Below, piece after piece: positions 18,865 through 27,836 of a stretch of 56,352 bases of DNA. Within the stretch, counting starts at the first letter, position 1; each line of letters starts with the position of its first letter. The notes beneath the pieces are model-generated. The model had not been told where the DNA came from, made no database searches, and worked only from the letters and a program-made list of their open reading frames with translations. This DNA comes from a virus (lineage: Duplodnaviria > Caudoviricetes), in IMG/VR virus record IMGVR_UViG_3300044960_000268, positions 1 through 56,352 of that record; one strand, written 5' to 3'. Made by a program: the position numbers and the translations under genes.

Positions 18865-19493
18865 TCGATCCTCCAGATGATGTCTGATCCCGCGTGCGCT
18901 ACTGGTCGATACCCCCAGCCCCTGATCATCTTGACAAGATCCTGGTACCGGTCGAACCACCCGAAATCCTTACGCGCCTCTTCGATCAGGAGAACCGGCG
19001 CATATCGAAGGATAGTGGAATAGGCTCCACGCAATGCGAAGAGTTCATGCCCTTCGATGTCCAGCGCAATCAAGTCACAGGCATCCAGCTGCAAGCTATC
19101 GATTGTGATCCCGGGACAAGGACCGACGCCTTCGCCTACCCTCCAATCTCCGACGTTGACGCATCCGTTGTGATCAGTAAGCACCGCTCGCATCGGATAC
19201 ACATTGGGAAGAAAAGCGTTCAGCGTAAGACAGCGAAAGAAGTGGGGGTTAGGCTCGAAGGTATAGACGCGGTCAAAATGCTTAGCAAGCCACCGCGGAT
19301 AGGCACCCATGTGGCCGCCTGCTTGAATAACGACACCTCGACGTTGCACGAAAGGTAGGACAGCTTGCATCGTCTCAGCATGGCGGCGATAATACGTCCC
19401 AAACGTGCGCCCATCATGCACTGCCCATCCATCCTCGAGATGCAAGTCACGAAGGGCCTCGCAAGGAGGCATCATCTCATTTTTGAGTTTCAT
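18861..19493 (-). CDS. FkbM-family methyltransferase
   Basis: VIQAGGHMG, VYTFEP, TIDSL...DLIALDIEGHE..AL.GA motifs. Confidence 0.9.
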   Translation of the reverse strand: MKLKNEMMPPCEALRDLHLEDGWAVHDGRTFGTYYRRHAETMQAVLPFVQRRGVVIQAGGHMGAYPRWLAKHFDRVYTFEPNPHFFRCLTLNAFLPNVYPMRAVLTDHNGCVNVGDWRVGEGVGPCPGITIDSLQLDACDLIALDIEGHELFALRGAYSTILRYAPVLLIEEARKDFGWFDRYQDLVKMIRGWGYRPVAHAGSDIIWRIE

Positions 19494-19716
19494 CCTCTAG
19501 CCCCTCGACGTAATTGAGTAGGAGAGAAGTTGAATTCAATAGCTGAGTTTTCAACTTCTCAAGACGTTGGAGACGTGCGGCGTCTTCGACGTCGACAACT
19601 CTGGTTTGAAGCTGTCCGATGGCAAGAGTAACAGCATAGACGAGATCCGCGACATGTGAGGCATTCCCGAGGTAGCGGACCTGTACGGCTGTGTGACGAT
19701 GCCTGATCCTATTCAT
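19477..19716 (-). CDS. Hypothetical protein
   Basis: Overlaps both neighbours in operon orientation. Confidence 0.55.
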   Translation of the reverse strand: MNRIRHRHTAVQVRYLGNASHVADLVYAVTLAIGQLQTRVVDVEDAARLQRLEKLKTQLLNSTSLLLNYVEGLEDETQK

Positions 19717-20164
19717 CTGTCAATGCCTTCTTCATCGCTTCTACAAAGCGTTGGTTCTGGTCTTCAAAGTATCGCCGAGGTGATCCGTGTACATGACCGT
19801 TGCGCCACGAAACATCGGTGAGTTCTTCGCGACAGTCCCAGTCACTCTCCACGTAATTAGCTAACTCATGTATCAGGATCCTACGAAGATCAGCAGTCTT
19901 GAGATACCAATAAGCATCTCGCTTGAGGATCAGGTCAAAATCTTTAAGACCTGCTTGAACCGTACGCTCATCGTACAAGATGCGCGCCGCTATATCGGAT
20001 GCGCTCAGACCAAAATCATGATGAGCGATCCACATCACCATTCGACGAGCGGAGATAATGCGGCTTTTCAAGTTCCCTCTACGCCGCTCCTGCTTGAACA
20101 GCTCTCCCGCGTGAAACCCGAGTGCGGCTTCGACCGTAGCTGTGATTTTCTCTACGAGGTTCAT
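19709..20164 (-). CDS. DnaA C-terminal-domain-like HTH protein
   Basis: ISARRMVMWIAHHDFGLSASDIAARILYDERTV resembles the DnaA domain IV pattern AR..AMY.....T..SL..IG..F..DHTTV. Confidence 0.6.
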   Translation of the reverse strand: MNLVEKITATVEAALGFHAGELFKQERRRGNLKSRIISARRMVMWIAHHDFGLSASDIAARILYDERTVQAGLKDFDLILKRDAYWYLKTADLRRILIHELANYVESDWDCREELTDVSWRNGHVHGSPRRYFEDQNQRFVEAMKKALTDE

Positions 20165-21057
20165 TGGAGTATCTTTCCTTCGGAATCCACAACTACGGGA
20201 GCCCAGGCGCACCGGCAATTGGGATGTTGAGGGATCACCCCCGCCGCCTGCTCAATCGTAATGACGCGCCCTTCCCAAGGAGCACACTTCGGGCAGACCT
20301 TGTCGTCACGAGCAGTCAAATACTCTGCCATAGTCTTTACGCCTTCGATCCCTGCTTCCTTGTAGGAGTTGAGCTGGGCTTCAGCGTGTGCGGCGATCAC
20401 CTCCGTACGAGCAAGACGACGAGCACGAGTGATCCCGATGTTGTCCACACGATCAACGATGGCACGAGCAACGGCTTTCGCCCCGGCGCCCTCGATCATC
20501 GCTTGAGCGAGTGTCTGGCTGATCTGCTGATCCATCACGTCCGTAATCCCTTCGAGTTGAATGTAGGCACGAGTGAAAATGAGACCCGCGCGATCAGCAT
20601 GTGTCGGACGTAAGAATGCAGTTTGCAACCAACTATCTCTCACCTCGACTCCCTGCCGAGAAAGTTGTGAGCCAGCGTTGGCGAGACCCTTCTGATAAGC
20701 GCTCTGTAGATATACGTTCTGCCAAGCCTTTTGCGCTGCGCTAGATATGGGAGTACCGAGAGACACGCCAAGAATATCCTGCGCCTCCACTTGTCTTAGC
20801 CACTCCATGAAAGCAGCGACTTTGCGGTCAAGACGAGTGAAAGCAAAAGCTCGCCGGCCAGGGGCACGTGCAAAAGTCCTCAGCGGCTCAAGTCCAAAGA
20901 CATCGTTCTCGACAATCGCTTCCCAGATCGCGCGGCGGATCGCCTTGAAACGCCGCACCATCTCAGCTTCATACTTGCGCCGAAGCAGCGCAGTGCGTGT
21001 CGGATCAGTACGCAGACGGCGATGGAGGTGAAGGCTATCACAACAAATCGATCTCAT
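20161..21057 (-). CDS. Head morphogenesis protein (SPP1 gp7 / Mu F)
   Basis: RARRLARTE, D.KVCPKC and PQHPNCRC motifs. Confidence 0.9.
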   Translation of the reverse strand: MRSICCDSLHLHRRLRTDPTRTALLRRKYEAEMVRRFKAIRRAIWEAIVENDVFGLEPLRTFARAPGRRAFAFTRLDRKVAAFMEWLRQVEAQDILGVSLGTPISSAAQKAWQNVYLQSAYQKGLANAGSQLSRQGVEVRDSWLQTAFLRPTHADRAGLIFTRAYIQLEGITDVMDQQISQTLAQAMIEGAGAKAVARAIVDRVDNIGITRARRLARTEVIAAHAEAQLNSYKEAGIEGVKTMAEYLTARDDKVCPKCAPWEGRVITIEQAAGVIPQHPNCRCAWAPVVVDSEGKILQ

Positions 21058-22915
21058 GGGTCTCCGCCTTCTTGATCTCCTCGAAGATCTCTGGTCCCAG
21101 GATGATCTTGCCGCGGTAGGGAACTACGTCTTCGAGATCGAGATCGTCACGATTGTAGGTGATGGTGATATGAGGCGCATAGGAAGCACCATAATCATGA
21201 GACCCCCCTAGTCTCACAACCTCCTCATGTCGATAGGTCAAGTCAGGAGAGGCGAACCTCAGTACAATCGCCCCTTCTCCAAATTCTTCGACGGATCGAG
21301 GACCGCCCGCCTTGATCGTCAGTTGCCCATTCTCATCTTCGTTCCAGCTATTGTTGAGCTTGAACCAGTCAATCGGAGTTCTAGAGTAACAGACGGTGAC
21401 ATGAAGCTCGTCTTCGCGGATGATCGAGCTGAACCCTTGCTCTTTAGCCCACTCCACGATGTCTTCGGCGTTGACCACGTTTCGGCGAATGTAGAGCGGC
21501 TTGACGAAGGATCCTCCTCTTGCCTTGAGCGTATGCAGCTGCGCACTCGTCAGAGACACAGGCTCTTCACTTTCGTCTGGTACGTCTTCGTCTGGTACGT
21601 CTTCGTCTGGCAAAGGCTCAAGCTCTTCTACTTCCTCGAATTTCGACTCAGGGTCTAGGCCGAGGAATACCTTTCGGAATTCACCTGGCGGAACGATCAG
21701 TTCAGCGCCGGGAGAAGTGACATAGTTGCGTAGCGTGTTTGACCGAGTCAATCCCACATTCGCGGCTTTATCGGGAGACAGAGCCTCGCCTGGCCAGTCC
21801 ACATGCCATTCGCCATTCGGTTTCAGATTTCCTGTTTCGATCAATCGAGCGACGACTTGCTGGAGAATGTAAGGGATTGCAAAGTTCTTGCGACGCTCCT
21901 CGATGCGTTGCGCCCAGTTGTTCTCGTCCTGGTCACTCGACAACTCGCCACGCTCAGTGCCTAGCAGAATTCTCTTGGGTATCCCCACTGATCCGGCGAT
22001 CACATCGAGAAGCTTGTCAGTCATCATCGAAGGATCTTGAACCGTCGCCTGAAGCATCTGTGCAGTGACACCTTGCAAAGCTAGTGTGCGGCGTAGCTGA
22101 TGCTCGAATTGATCAACTTGGCTACGCATATCAGCGAGCGCTTCATCGGTGATATTCGCGTCTTTGTCGGCGGATAGCGCCATGCCTCCGCGTGCGTTGA
22201 GCCAGTAGACCTCTGACCCTGCGCCCATGATCTTCTCGAGATCGATCAGATGGTTGAAGATCGGCAAGAGGCGAGGCAACCCATAAATGTCGTCTTCTTC
22301 AGGGAATTCCGTGATATGCACAACGCGCGACCAATGGACACGGATCGACTTGCGCACGACTTGACGCTGGCCGCTGATGACTGGACCAGCCGTCTGCAAC
22401 GTGTACATCGTCGGACGTCCAAAGCGCGGTGACGTCTCATCGTTGTCCCACTCGCTAATCGTGATGCTAGGCTCTCCGTACACCGCAAAGTAGAGAAGCG
22501 GATAGTTCCCGCGGCTAAGAGGCTTATCGAGGGGCAAACCGTCGCGAAAACCCATGACGAGCACCCCGAAACGTCCAACGCTAGCAAGCCGGTCAGCGCG
22601 TTCGCAATAGGCCAGGACATTGTACTTCTTGAACAGACTATCCGCAGCTTTCGTAAACGGCGAGAAGTCGTCTGTCCCTTCCTCTGCTGAGCTTCCGTCT
22701 TCGTCGCATAGCAGAGGCGGGTCTCGCCACGTTGCCGCGGGGAAGGCCTTGATGATGCGATTAGCAATCCCGTTCCTGTAGTACATCGCAAACAGCTGCT
22801 CGACTACAAGGTCTCGAGGATAGCCGAACTGGCTATAAAGGTCACGTGCTCCCTGGTGGGTGAGACCGAGAACCGATGCAATACGTTCGCGCAGAACGGT
22901 GACGACTGATCCCAT
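21038..22915 (-). CDS. Portal protein (DUF1073) with a C-terminal Acb1-like 2H phosphoesterase
   Basis: Portal region with RVHWSRV and GIPKRILLG..RGELSSDQD, an acidic linker, then HVTVCYS and PHITITY (two HxT motifs). Confidence 0.85.
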   Translation of the reverse strand: MGSVVTVLRERIASVLGLTHQGARDLYSQFGYPRDLVVEQLFAMYYRNGIANRIIKAFPAATWRDPPLLCDEDGSSAEEGTDDFSPFTKAADSLFKKYNVLAYCERADRLASVGRFGVLVMGFRDGLPLDKPLSRGNYPLLYFAVYGEPSITISEWDNDETSPRFGRPTMYTLQTAGPVISGQRQVVRKSIRVHWSRVVHITEFPEEDDIYGLPRLLPIFNHLIDLEKIMGAGSEVYWLNARGGMALSADKDANITDEALADMRSQVDQFEHQLRRTLALQGVTAQMLQATVQDPSMMTDKLLDVIAGSVGIPKRILLGTERGELSSDQDENNWAQRIEERRKNFAIPYILQQVVARLIETGNLKPNGEWHVDWPGEALSPDKAANVGLTRSNTLRNYVTSPGAELIVPPGEFRKVFLGLDPESKFEEVEELEPLPDEDVPDEDVPDESEEPVSLTSAQLHTLKARGGSFVKPLYIRRNVVNAEDIVEWAKEQGFSSIIREDELHVTVCYSRTPIDWFKLNNSWNEDENGQLTIKAGGPRSVEEFGEGAIVLRFASPDLTYRHEEVVRLGGSHDYGASYAPHITITYNRDDLDLEDVVPYRGKIILGPEIFEEIKKAETHEIDLL

Positions 22916-22978
22916 TGACCATTCCTCCTCGAAATCAACCGGTCATAACGCCATAAACCCCCGAACGTCAACCGAATG

Positions 22979-24376
22979 TTACCACAGTGGTCCCGCGCGC
23001 CCCTTGGCGTCGTCACCCATCAATGCGGTCAAAACCCACACAGCAGCGTCCATACGATCCGGTGATTTATCGCCATTTAGAGGATCCCACGAGCACATTT
23101 GATCCTCGAGTTCTGGAAACATCCCGACGTGACAGACTCGGTTCTTTTCGTACAGTGTACTGATGGGCTCAGCCCTCGTTCGTTTGCCACGTGTGGCATG
23201 AACTGAACGGTAATTAACCCCACTACTCGTCCTCTCGCCGTCTCGTTTCATGGACGAGGCCACCGCTTGAATGGTGGTTCCGATCCAGTCCCCGCCATTA
23301 TTCACTTCGCCAATGCAGAAGTCGGCATCCCACCGGTCATAGGCGTCGATCATGATGCGAGCGGCTTGAGCAGGGGTAGCCATGCGAGATAGATCTTCTA
23401 GGATCACCCCTCGTCCATCTTGCATCAAGCCTCCGACGATGATCCCATGCTCTGCAGCACGCTCAGTCGAAGTACTTGCTGGATCGAGGGCGACACCCAC
23501 ACGTTTTAAACGGTACTTCCACTTCTCCATCCAGCTTTCATGCGACTCTTCTCGCGGATCGAATGCCGGCAAACGGTTTCTCTCTATAGTATCTCGCTGC
23601 CACAGAGCTCCAGGAAAATCTTCGAGGATCTGCGCATAAATCTCTTGTTTACCGATTCGGGTGTTTTCGTAATCAAGAATGGTTTCTCGATACCACGTTG
23701 GATCCAAATTGTCCTTGTTCTCATGCGAGGTGCCCGTAACAGTGACAGTGGTAGCCATCGCCTTGATCTTCTTTAGTACCGCCAGAGGGCGAGGCGTTGT
23801 CGTGATCAGCTTCCTTGGACGATCATTAGACGCCTCTCTCATCCCAAATGACAGATTGTCCCAGACCTCCTGTGGATGCTTGTACTTAGCGAATTCATCG
23901 AGCCAAGCGGTGTCACCTGAGAAGCCGCGCAATTGGTCGGGCATCTCGTCCGAATATATGGTCGCCCATGATCCGTTAGGCCACGTCAATCGGCGTTTAG
24001 ACGGTTCAAAAGTCGGACGTTCGCTCGGATGAGTGTTTCGAAGAAAGCCGCCGGGACCCTCGATCATGAAGTCACGAGCGTCGGCAGGCGTCTTAGCGAC
24101 GAGGGCGCTCCAGCGGCCCTTCCACGACATTGCTCGAGAATGAACCCATTGAGCGCCTGTTCGGGTCTTGCCAAACCCGCGTCCCGCCAATATCAGCCAC
24201 GTCGCCCAATCACCTTTTGGTGGGAGTTGCTTTGTTCTTGCCCAGAACTCCCACTTCCATTGCAGTTCCGTCAATTGTTCTCGGTTTAACGAGGCGAGCA
24301 TCATCCTCAGCTCGCTCTCCGGCATCTTGGCGATCTCGGATGCGAGTGAGGCGTCCGACGATAACCTCAAGGACAT
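22979..24376 (-). CDS. terL: Terminase large subunit
   Basis: AGRGFGKT Walker A, WLDE Walker B, TTTP, nuclease DPA and SPDRMDA motifs. Confidence 0.95.
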   Translation of the reverse strand: MSLRLSSDASLASEIAKMPESELRMMLASLNREQLTELQWKWEFWARTKQLPPKGDWATWLILAGRGFGKTRTGAQWVHSRAMSWKGRWSALVAKTPADARDFMIEGPGGFLRNTHPSERPTFEPSKRRLTWPNGSWATIYSDEMPDQLRGFSGDTAWLDEFAKYKHPQEVWDNLSFGMREASNDRPRKLITTTPRPLAVLKKIKAMATTVTVTGTSHENKDNLDPTWYRETILDYENTRIGKQEIYAQILEDFPGALWQRDTIERNRLPAFDPREESHESWMEKWKYRLKRVGVALDPASTSTERAAEHGIIVGGLMQDGRGVILEDLSRMATPAQAARIMIDAYDRWDADFCIGEVNNGGDWIGTTIQAVASSMKRDGERTSSGVNYRSVHATRGKRTRAEPISTLYEKNRVCHVGMFPELEDQMCSWDPLNGDKSPDRMDAAVWVLTALMGDDAKGRAGPLW

Positions 24377-24815
24377 CTACCTGCTTCCTTTCGTCTTCGT
24401 CATCGTCACTGTCACTATCGCTCATGAGTACTCGTTCACTATACTCATCGCGCCAACGGCAGGCCATGATCTTCGACCAGGTCTTCTCGCGAAAATCCTT
24501 GTTGCCAAGGTTGACAGAGGCGATCTCTTCCCAGTAAGCCTTGGCGCAATCGTTCGCATAAGCGAGCGCTTCTCCGAACTCGGGATGGGTGAAGCGCCAC
24601 TTTCTCATGGCCGCACGTGTTACACCGATGGCCACCGCCATCTGAGTTTCTGTCCAGCCTTTCTTTCCCCAGTCGATGACTTTCTGGCAATATCGCGGCT
24701 TGTAGAGCGGAATAAGAGGCCGCCAAGGCGGGTTGCCAGTAGGCGGAATTCGACCGGCCTGTGATTTGCCTTTCGGGGCTTTGCGCGCGCCAACTTTTGC
24801 CACTAGTCGAGCCAT
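24210..24815 (-). CDS. terS: Terminase small subunit
   Basis: Directly upstream of terL; YKPRYC...HTH...W...HPEF..A pattern. Confidence 0.8.
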   Translation of the reverse strand: MARLVAKVGARKAPKGKSQAGRIPPTGNPPWRPLIPLYKPRYCQKVIDWGKKGWTETQMAVAIGVTRAAMRKWRFTHPEFGEALAYANDCAKAYWEEIASVNLGNKDFREKTWSKIMACRWRDEYSERVLMSDSDSDDDEDERKQVDVLEVIVGRLTRIRDRQDAGERAEDDARLVKPRTIDGTAMEVGVLGKNKATPTKR

Positions 24816-24916
24816 GCCTTCTCTCACCTCAAATTTTGCCAGACTTATCATCGACGGGCTTCTACAGTCAACCGTCTAACCTCAAACCTTTGATTTTCAA
24901 GGATCTTAACCATACA

Positions 24917-24945
24917 TTGAGAGGCCTTACGAACTATGTTAGTTG
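24917..24945 (+). promoter_or_regulatory. Sigma70-like early promoter
   Basis: TTGAGA-N17-TAGTTG upstream of an AAGGAGAG RBS. Confidence 0.45.
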
Positions 24946-24971
24946 TCATCCAATCGAAGGAGAGCTTCACC

Positions 24972-25271
24972 ATGATCCTACTCAAGCACCTAGCACGTGA
25001 ATACGATGTGGACCCGCGCAAGTTGCGCTCGCGCTTGCGCAAGAAGTTCGGCAAGCACTCGAGATGGCAATGGAAAGACGAGAGCGACCCAGAGTTGGTG
25101 AACGTACGGATATTCCTGTCTCAATCCTCTGGGAAGACCACTGTCGTCTCGCGAAAAAGGCCTACCTCCTCACGGGTGAGCTCCACGCATTCGCCCCCCG
25201 CAGGCATGTTGGCGGCGGCCATTTTGTCATCCCCGCCCCTGACGATCTCGACGCGATACGAGAGAACATAG
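24972..25271 (+). CDS. Small HTH-like DNA-binding protein (paralogue family member 1)
   Basis: AAGGAGAG RBS; LKHLAREYDVDPRKLRSRLRK...RWQW. Confidence 0.7.
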   Translation: MILLKHLAREYDVDPRKLRSRLRKKFGKHSRWQWKDESDPELVNVRIFLSQSSGKTTVVSRKRPTSSRVSSTHSPPAGMLAAAILSSPPLTISTRYERT

Positions 25272-25318
25272 ATCGAGGTCTTCACACAGCTCAGATCCTA
25301 ATAACGAGGAATGAGTTC

Positions 25319-25936
25319 ATGGCATCCTCTATCAACCATTCGCTGAATTTGCCACGCGCTAAGCCAGCACCATTCAGCAAGTACCATTCGAAGTTCGGCT
25401 TCTACTGCTACAGCGACGATGGCCGTTTCTGCTTCCACAACTTCCATTCCGCTTACGCCGCTAAGCACTTCCTCGAGTTCATCATGCAAGGGAAGGACTG
25501 GCGGTGGATCAAGGAAAATGAGATCGTCGTAGAGAACGGGACGCGCATCCGAGGCGAGCGCGTGGACGATCTTGAGCGCGCCTTGACCCACAAATTCACC
25601 TCCGACGAGGCGAAGTACGAAATCCCCGAGCCGGACCTCACCTATTATCGATCCTTTCTGGGGTTGAGCCGCATCAAAGCGCTACCAGACGAACGTCCAC
25701 CTGTAACACGTGCCCCTACGCCTCCTGAAGTCAAAGTGAAGAGGAAGAAAGAAAAAATCAAGGCGGGCGCCTATGTCACCATCGGAGACATCGCTCAAGA
25801 GTTGAGGCGTAAACCTTCAGAGCTGAGGGGCATTCTCCGCAAATTGAAGATACCTAAGCCTGAAACAGGAAATTGGGCATGGCCACCGAGCGAGGCTGAG
25901 CGCATCAAGTCCAAGCTTCGAGCCCAATTGAAGTAG
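25319..25936 (+). CDS. Hypothetical protein with a C-terminal HTH-like domain (member 2); the start may be further upstream
   Basis: VTIGDIAQELRRKPSELRGILRK...NWAWP; GAGG RBS. Confidence 0.7.
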   Translation: MASSINHSLNLPRAKPAPFSKYHSKFGFYCYSDDGRFCFHNFHSAYAAKHFLEFIMQGKDWRWIKENEIVVENGTRIRGERVDDLERALTHKFTSDEAKYEIPEPDLTYYRSFLGLSRIKALPDERPPVTRAPTPPEVKVKRKKEKIKAGAYVTIGDIAQELRRKPSELRGILRKLKIPKPETGNWAWPPSEAERIKSKLRAQLK

Positions 25937-26113
25937 TATAGACCCTGCCGCGTAACGACGCATCCTTCTGCTGAGTTAACCTGGCGGGACCTGCCAGGCG
26001 CCTGCCGCACCTGCCGCCAGCCCGCCGCCGCTACTGCCACCGCCGGTCGACACGTGGCGAGCCTTGTGATATGGCCTCGTGGCAAATCGCCACTAGCAGG
26101 TCCACACCTTCCA

Positions 26114-27079
26114 ATGACCCAACACCGCCATCCTCCCTTCCTGATCGCCGCAGGGATCTTATTCCTTGCACTTACACTTCTACTATTGTTCCACCACGTC
26201 CGGTCCATCAGCGATCTCAACCTGACGCACTTCTGGATTGTGGTATCCCTGACAGGCGCGCTGATCACCGGTCATGCCTCAGCTCGCACCACTTTCGGGT
26301 ACCGCTTCTACGCTTTCATCATGTTCATCGTCTGCACTATCGTTTGCGTCACGTTCAGCGCCGGACGTAGCGCTGTGCTCATGGAGCAATATGAGCGAGA
26401 AGCCCTCAAAGGATCCCAAGAATACGCTGCATTGATCGCCGACATTCCGCGCTTGCAATCTCTCGTCGATCAAGCAAAGGCGCAAGCAGACGGAGCGCAA
26501 CGAGCTTTCACTGCAGCAGCCGAAGCGATGGCCAAAGAATGCGCATCCGGCAAAGGCATCCGATGCGACGGCAAGAAAGAGGCGGCCACACTAGCGCAAT
26601 CGAACGCCACGACTCTGTATACCCGTTATGAAGAGCACAAAGAAGCTCTCGACCACGCTCGTGCTAAGCTCGAGTCGCTGAAGCCTCCCGCCCCCGCCAA
26701 CGAAGAATTCCAGTCGTTCGCTCTTCCAGTGGCGTTCCTTTCTGGCAAGCCGGTTTCCGAAGTCATGGACACAGTCAAGTTCTTCGCTCCTTACGTTCTG
26801 GCATTCATCTTAGAGGGCATGACCATCTTCTGCTTCAACGCTCGATACCCCGTCACTCCCCACTCTCCTCCTCCGTCGACCGTGACCGTGACCTATCCTC
26901 CCACAGAGAGGATCGATGTGGCTCAACTCGCCCGAGAGCTGGGTAAGTCTCAGTCAGCCTTGCGCAAGCAGCTCCGCGCCACGATGCCCAAACCCCTTCA
27001 TGGGTCCTGGTCATGGTCTCGAGAAGAAGCGGAGCGTATCAAACAGCAACTCGCGTCAGGCATCGGGAGCGTGCATTAA
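26114..27079 (+). CDS. Membrane protein with a coiled coil and a C-terminal HTH-like domain (member 3)
   Basis: Three N-terminal hydrophobic segments, a helical region with ECASGKGIRC, a fourth TM segment, then IDVAQLARELGKSQSALRKQLR...WSW. Confidence 0.75.
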   Translation: MTQHRHPPFLIAAGILFLALTLLLLFHHVRSISDLNLTHFWIVVSLTGALITGHASARTTFGYRFYAFIMFIVCTIVCVTFSAGRSAVLMEQYEREALKGSQEYAALIADIPRLQSLVDQAKAQADGAQRAFTAAAEAMAKECASGKGIRCDGKKEAATLAQSNATTLYTRYEEHKEALDHARAKLESLKPPAPANEEFQSFALPVAFLSGKPVSEVMDTVKFFAPYVLAFILEGMTIFCFNARYPVTPHSPPPSTVTVTYPPTERIDVAQLARELGKSQSALRKQLRATMPKPLHGSWSWSREEAERIKQQLASGIGSVH

Positions 27080-27393
27080 ACGCTCGAGGTTCGCCGCTGA
27101 GGCCCCTTCGCTCGCGCTATTGATCGTAACCTCGCAGCGACTTGAGCGGCGCTACGCTCGGGCTGATCGTTCCAGGTCGCTATGTCCCTGAGACGACTTA
27201 TAGCCAGCGCTATAGCTAGCTCATCATCGCCGCCTATCTTTCTGATGGCTCCGATAGCGCACCAGCGTACCGCCTGAGGGCTGGTCGGATTGATGGGATC
27301 GCCCTTTTTATCTCTCGCCAAGACCTCCTGCGTCCAACATCCGGGTTGCTCGATCAAGTCAGCGGCCGCAAGTATCAATTCTCTGGATTTCAT
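27076..27393 (-). CDS. DUF6197-like protein (paralogue of 48831..49175)
   Basis: AADLIEQPGCW.Q...WC..GA...WNDQP.R; AAGGAGG RBS. Confidence 0.7.
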   Translation of the reverse strand: MKSRELILAAADLIEQPGCWTQEVLARDKKGDPINPTSPQAVRWCAIGAIRKIGGDDELAIALAISRLRDIATWNDQPERSAAQVAARLRSIARAKGPQRRTSSV

Positions 27394-27462
27394 GACAGGC
27401 CTCCTTCTAGTCTCTTCTTCATACATCGAACTAAAACCCCAGTTCAACTCTTGAATTCTCCG

Positions 27463-27491
27463 TTGAGTCGAAGTCAAAAGACCCGTATATA
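27463..27491 (+). promoter_or_regulatory. Sigma70-like early promoter
   Basis: TTGAGT-N17-TATATA followed by an AAGGAGAG RBS. Confidence 0.65.
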
Positions 27492-27521
27492 TAGATCATG
27501 GTTGATCAAGGAGAGACTACA

Positions 27522-27749
27522 ATGACCCATCTCGAAGATATCAAAATCGGCGATGTGATCAAGTTCAACCCGGGCTACGGCGCTCGTCGCCCCTCCGTCA
27601 CAGTGCGTCTCACGCAGCGCCCCAAGCTCGAAGCAGGGAAATGGCTGATCCAAGGAGTCTTGCTCAAGGCTCGCTCGCGTATCACGCAAAGCGCCATTGG
27701 TACTGAGCGCCTCTGGGTCTATGACCGAGACGAAGTCGAAGTGAAGTGA
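27522..27749 (+). CDS. Small hypothetical protein (SH3/KOW-like)
   Basis: AAGGAGAG RBS; DIKIGDVI motif. Confidence 0.7.
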   Translation: MTHLEDIKIGDVIKFNPGYGARRPSVTVRLTQRPKLEAGKWLIQGVLLKARSRITQSAIGTERLWVYDRDEVEVK

Positions 27750-27836
27750 AACTCTCGGCGCCGCCAGATCGTCCATTGTGGGCGGCGCCGAACCACCTTA
27801 ACGTCCATGCATCGCTCATAACCGAAGGAGAGAGCT

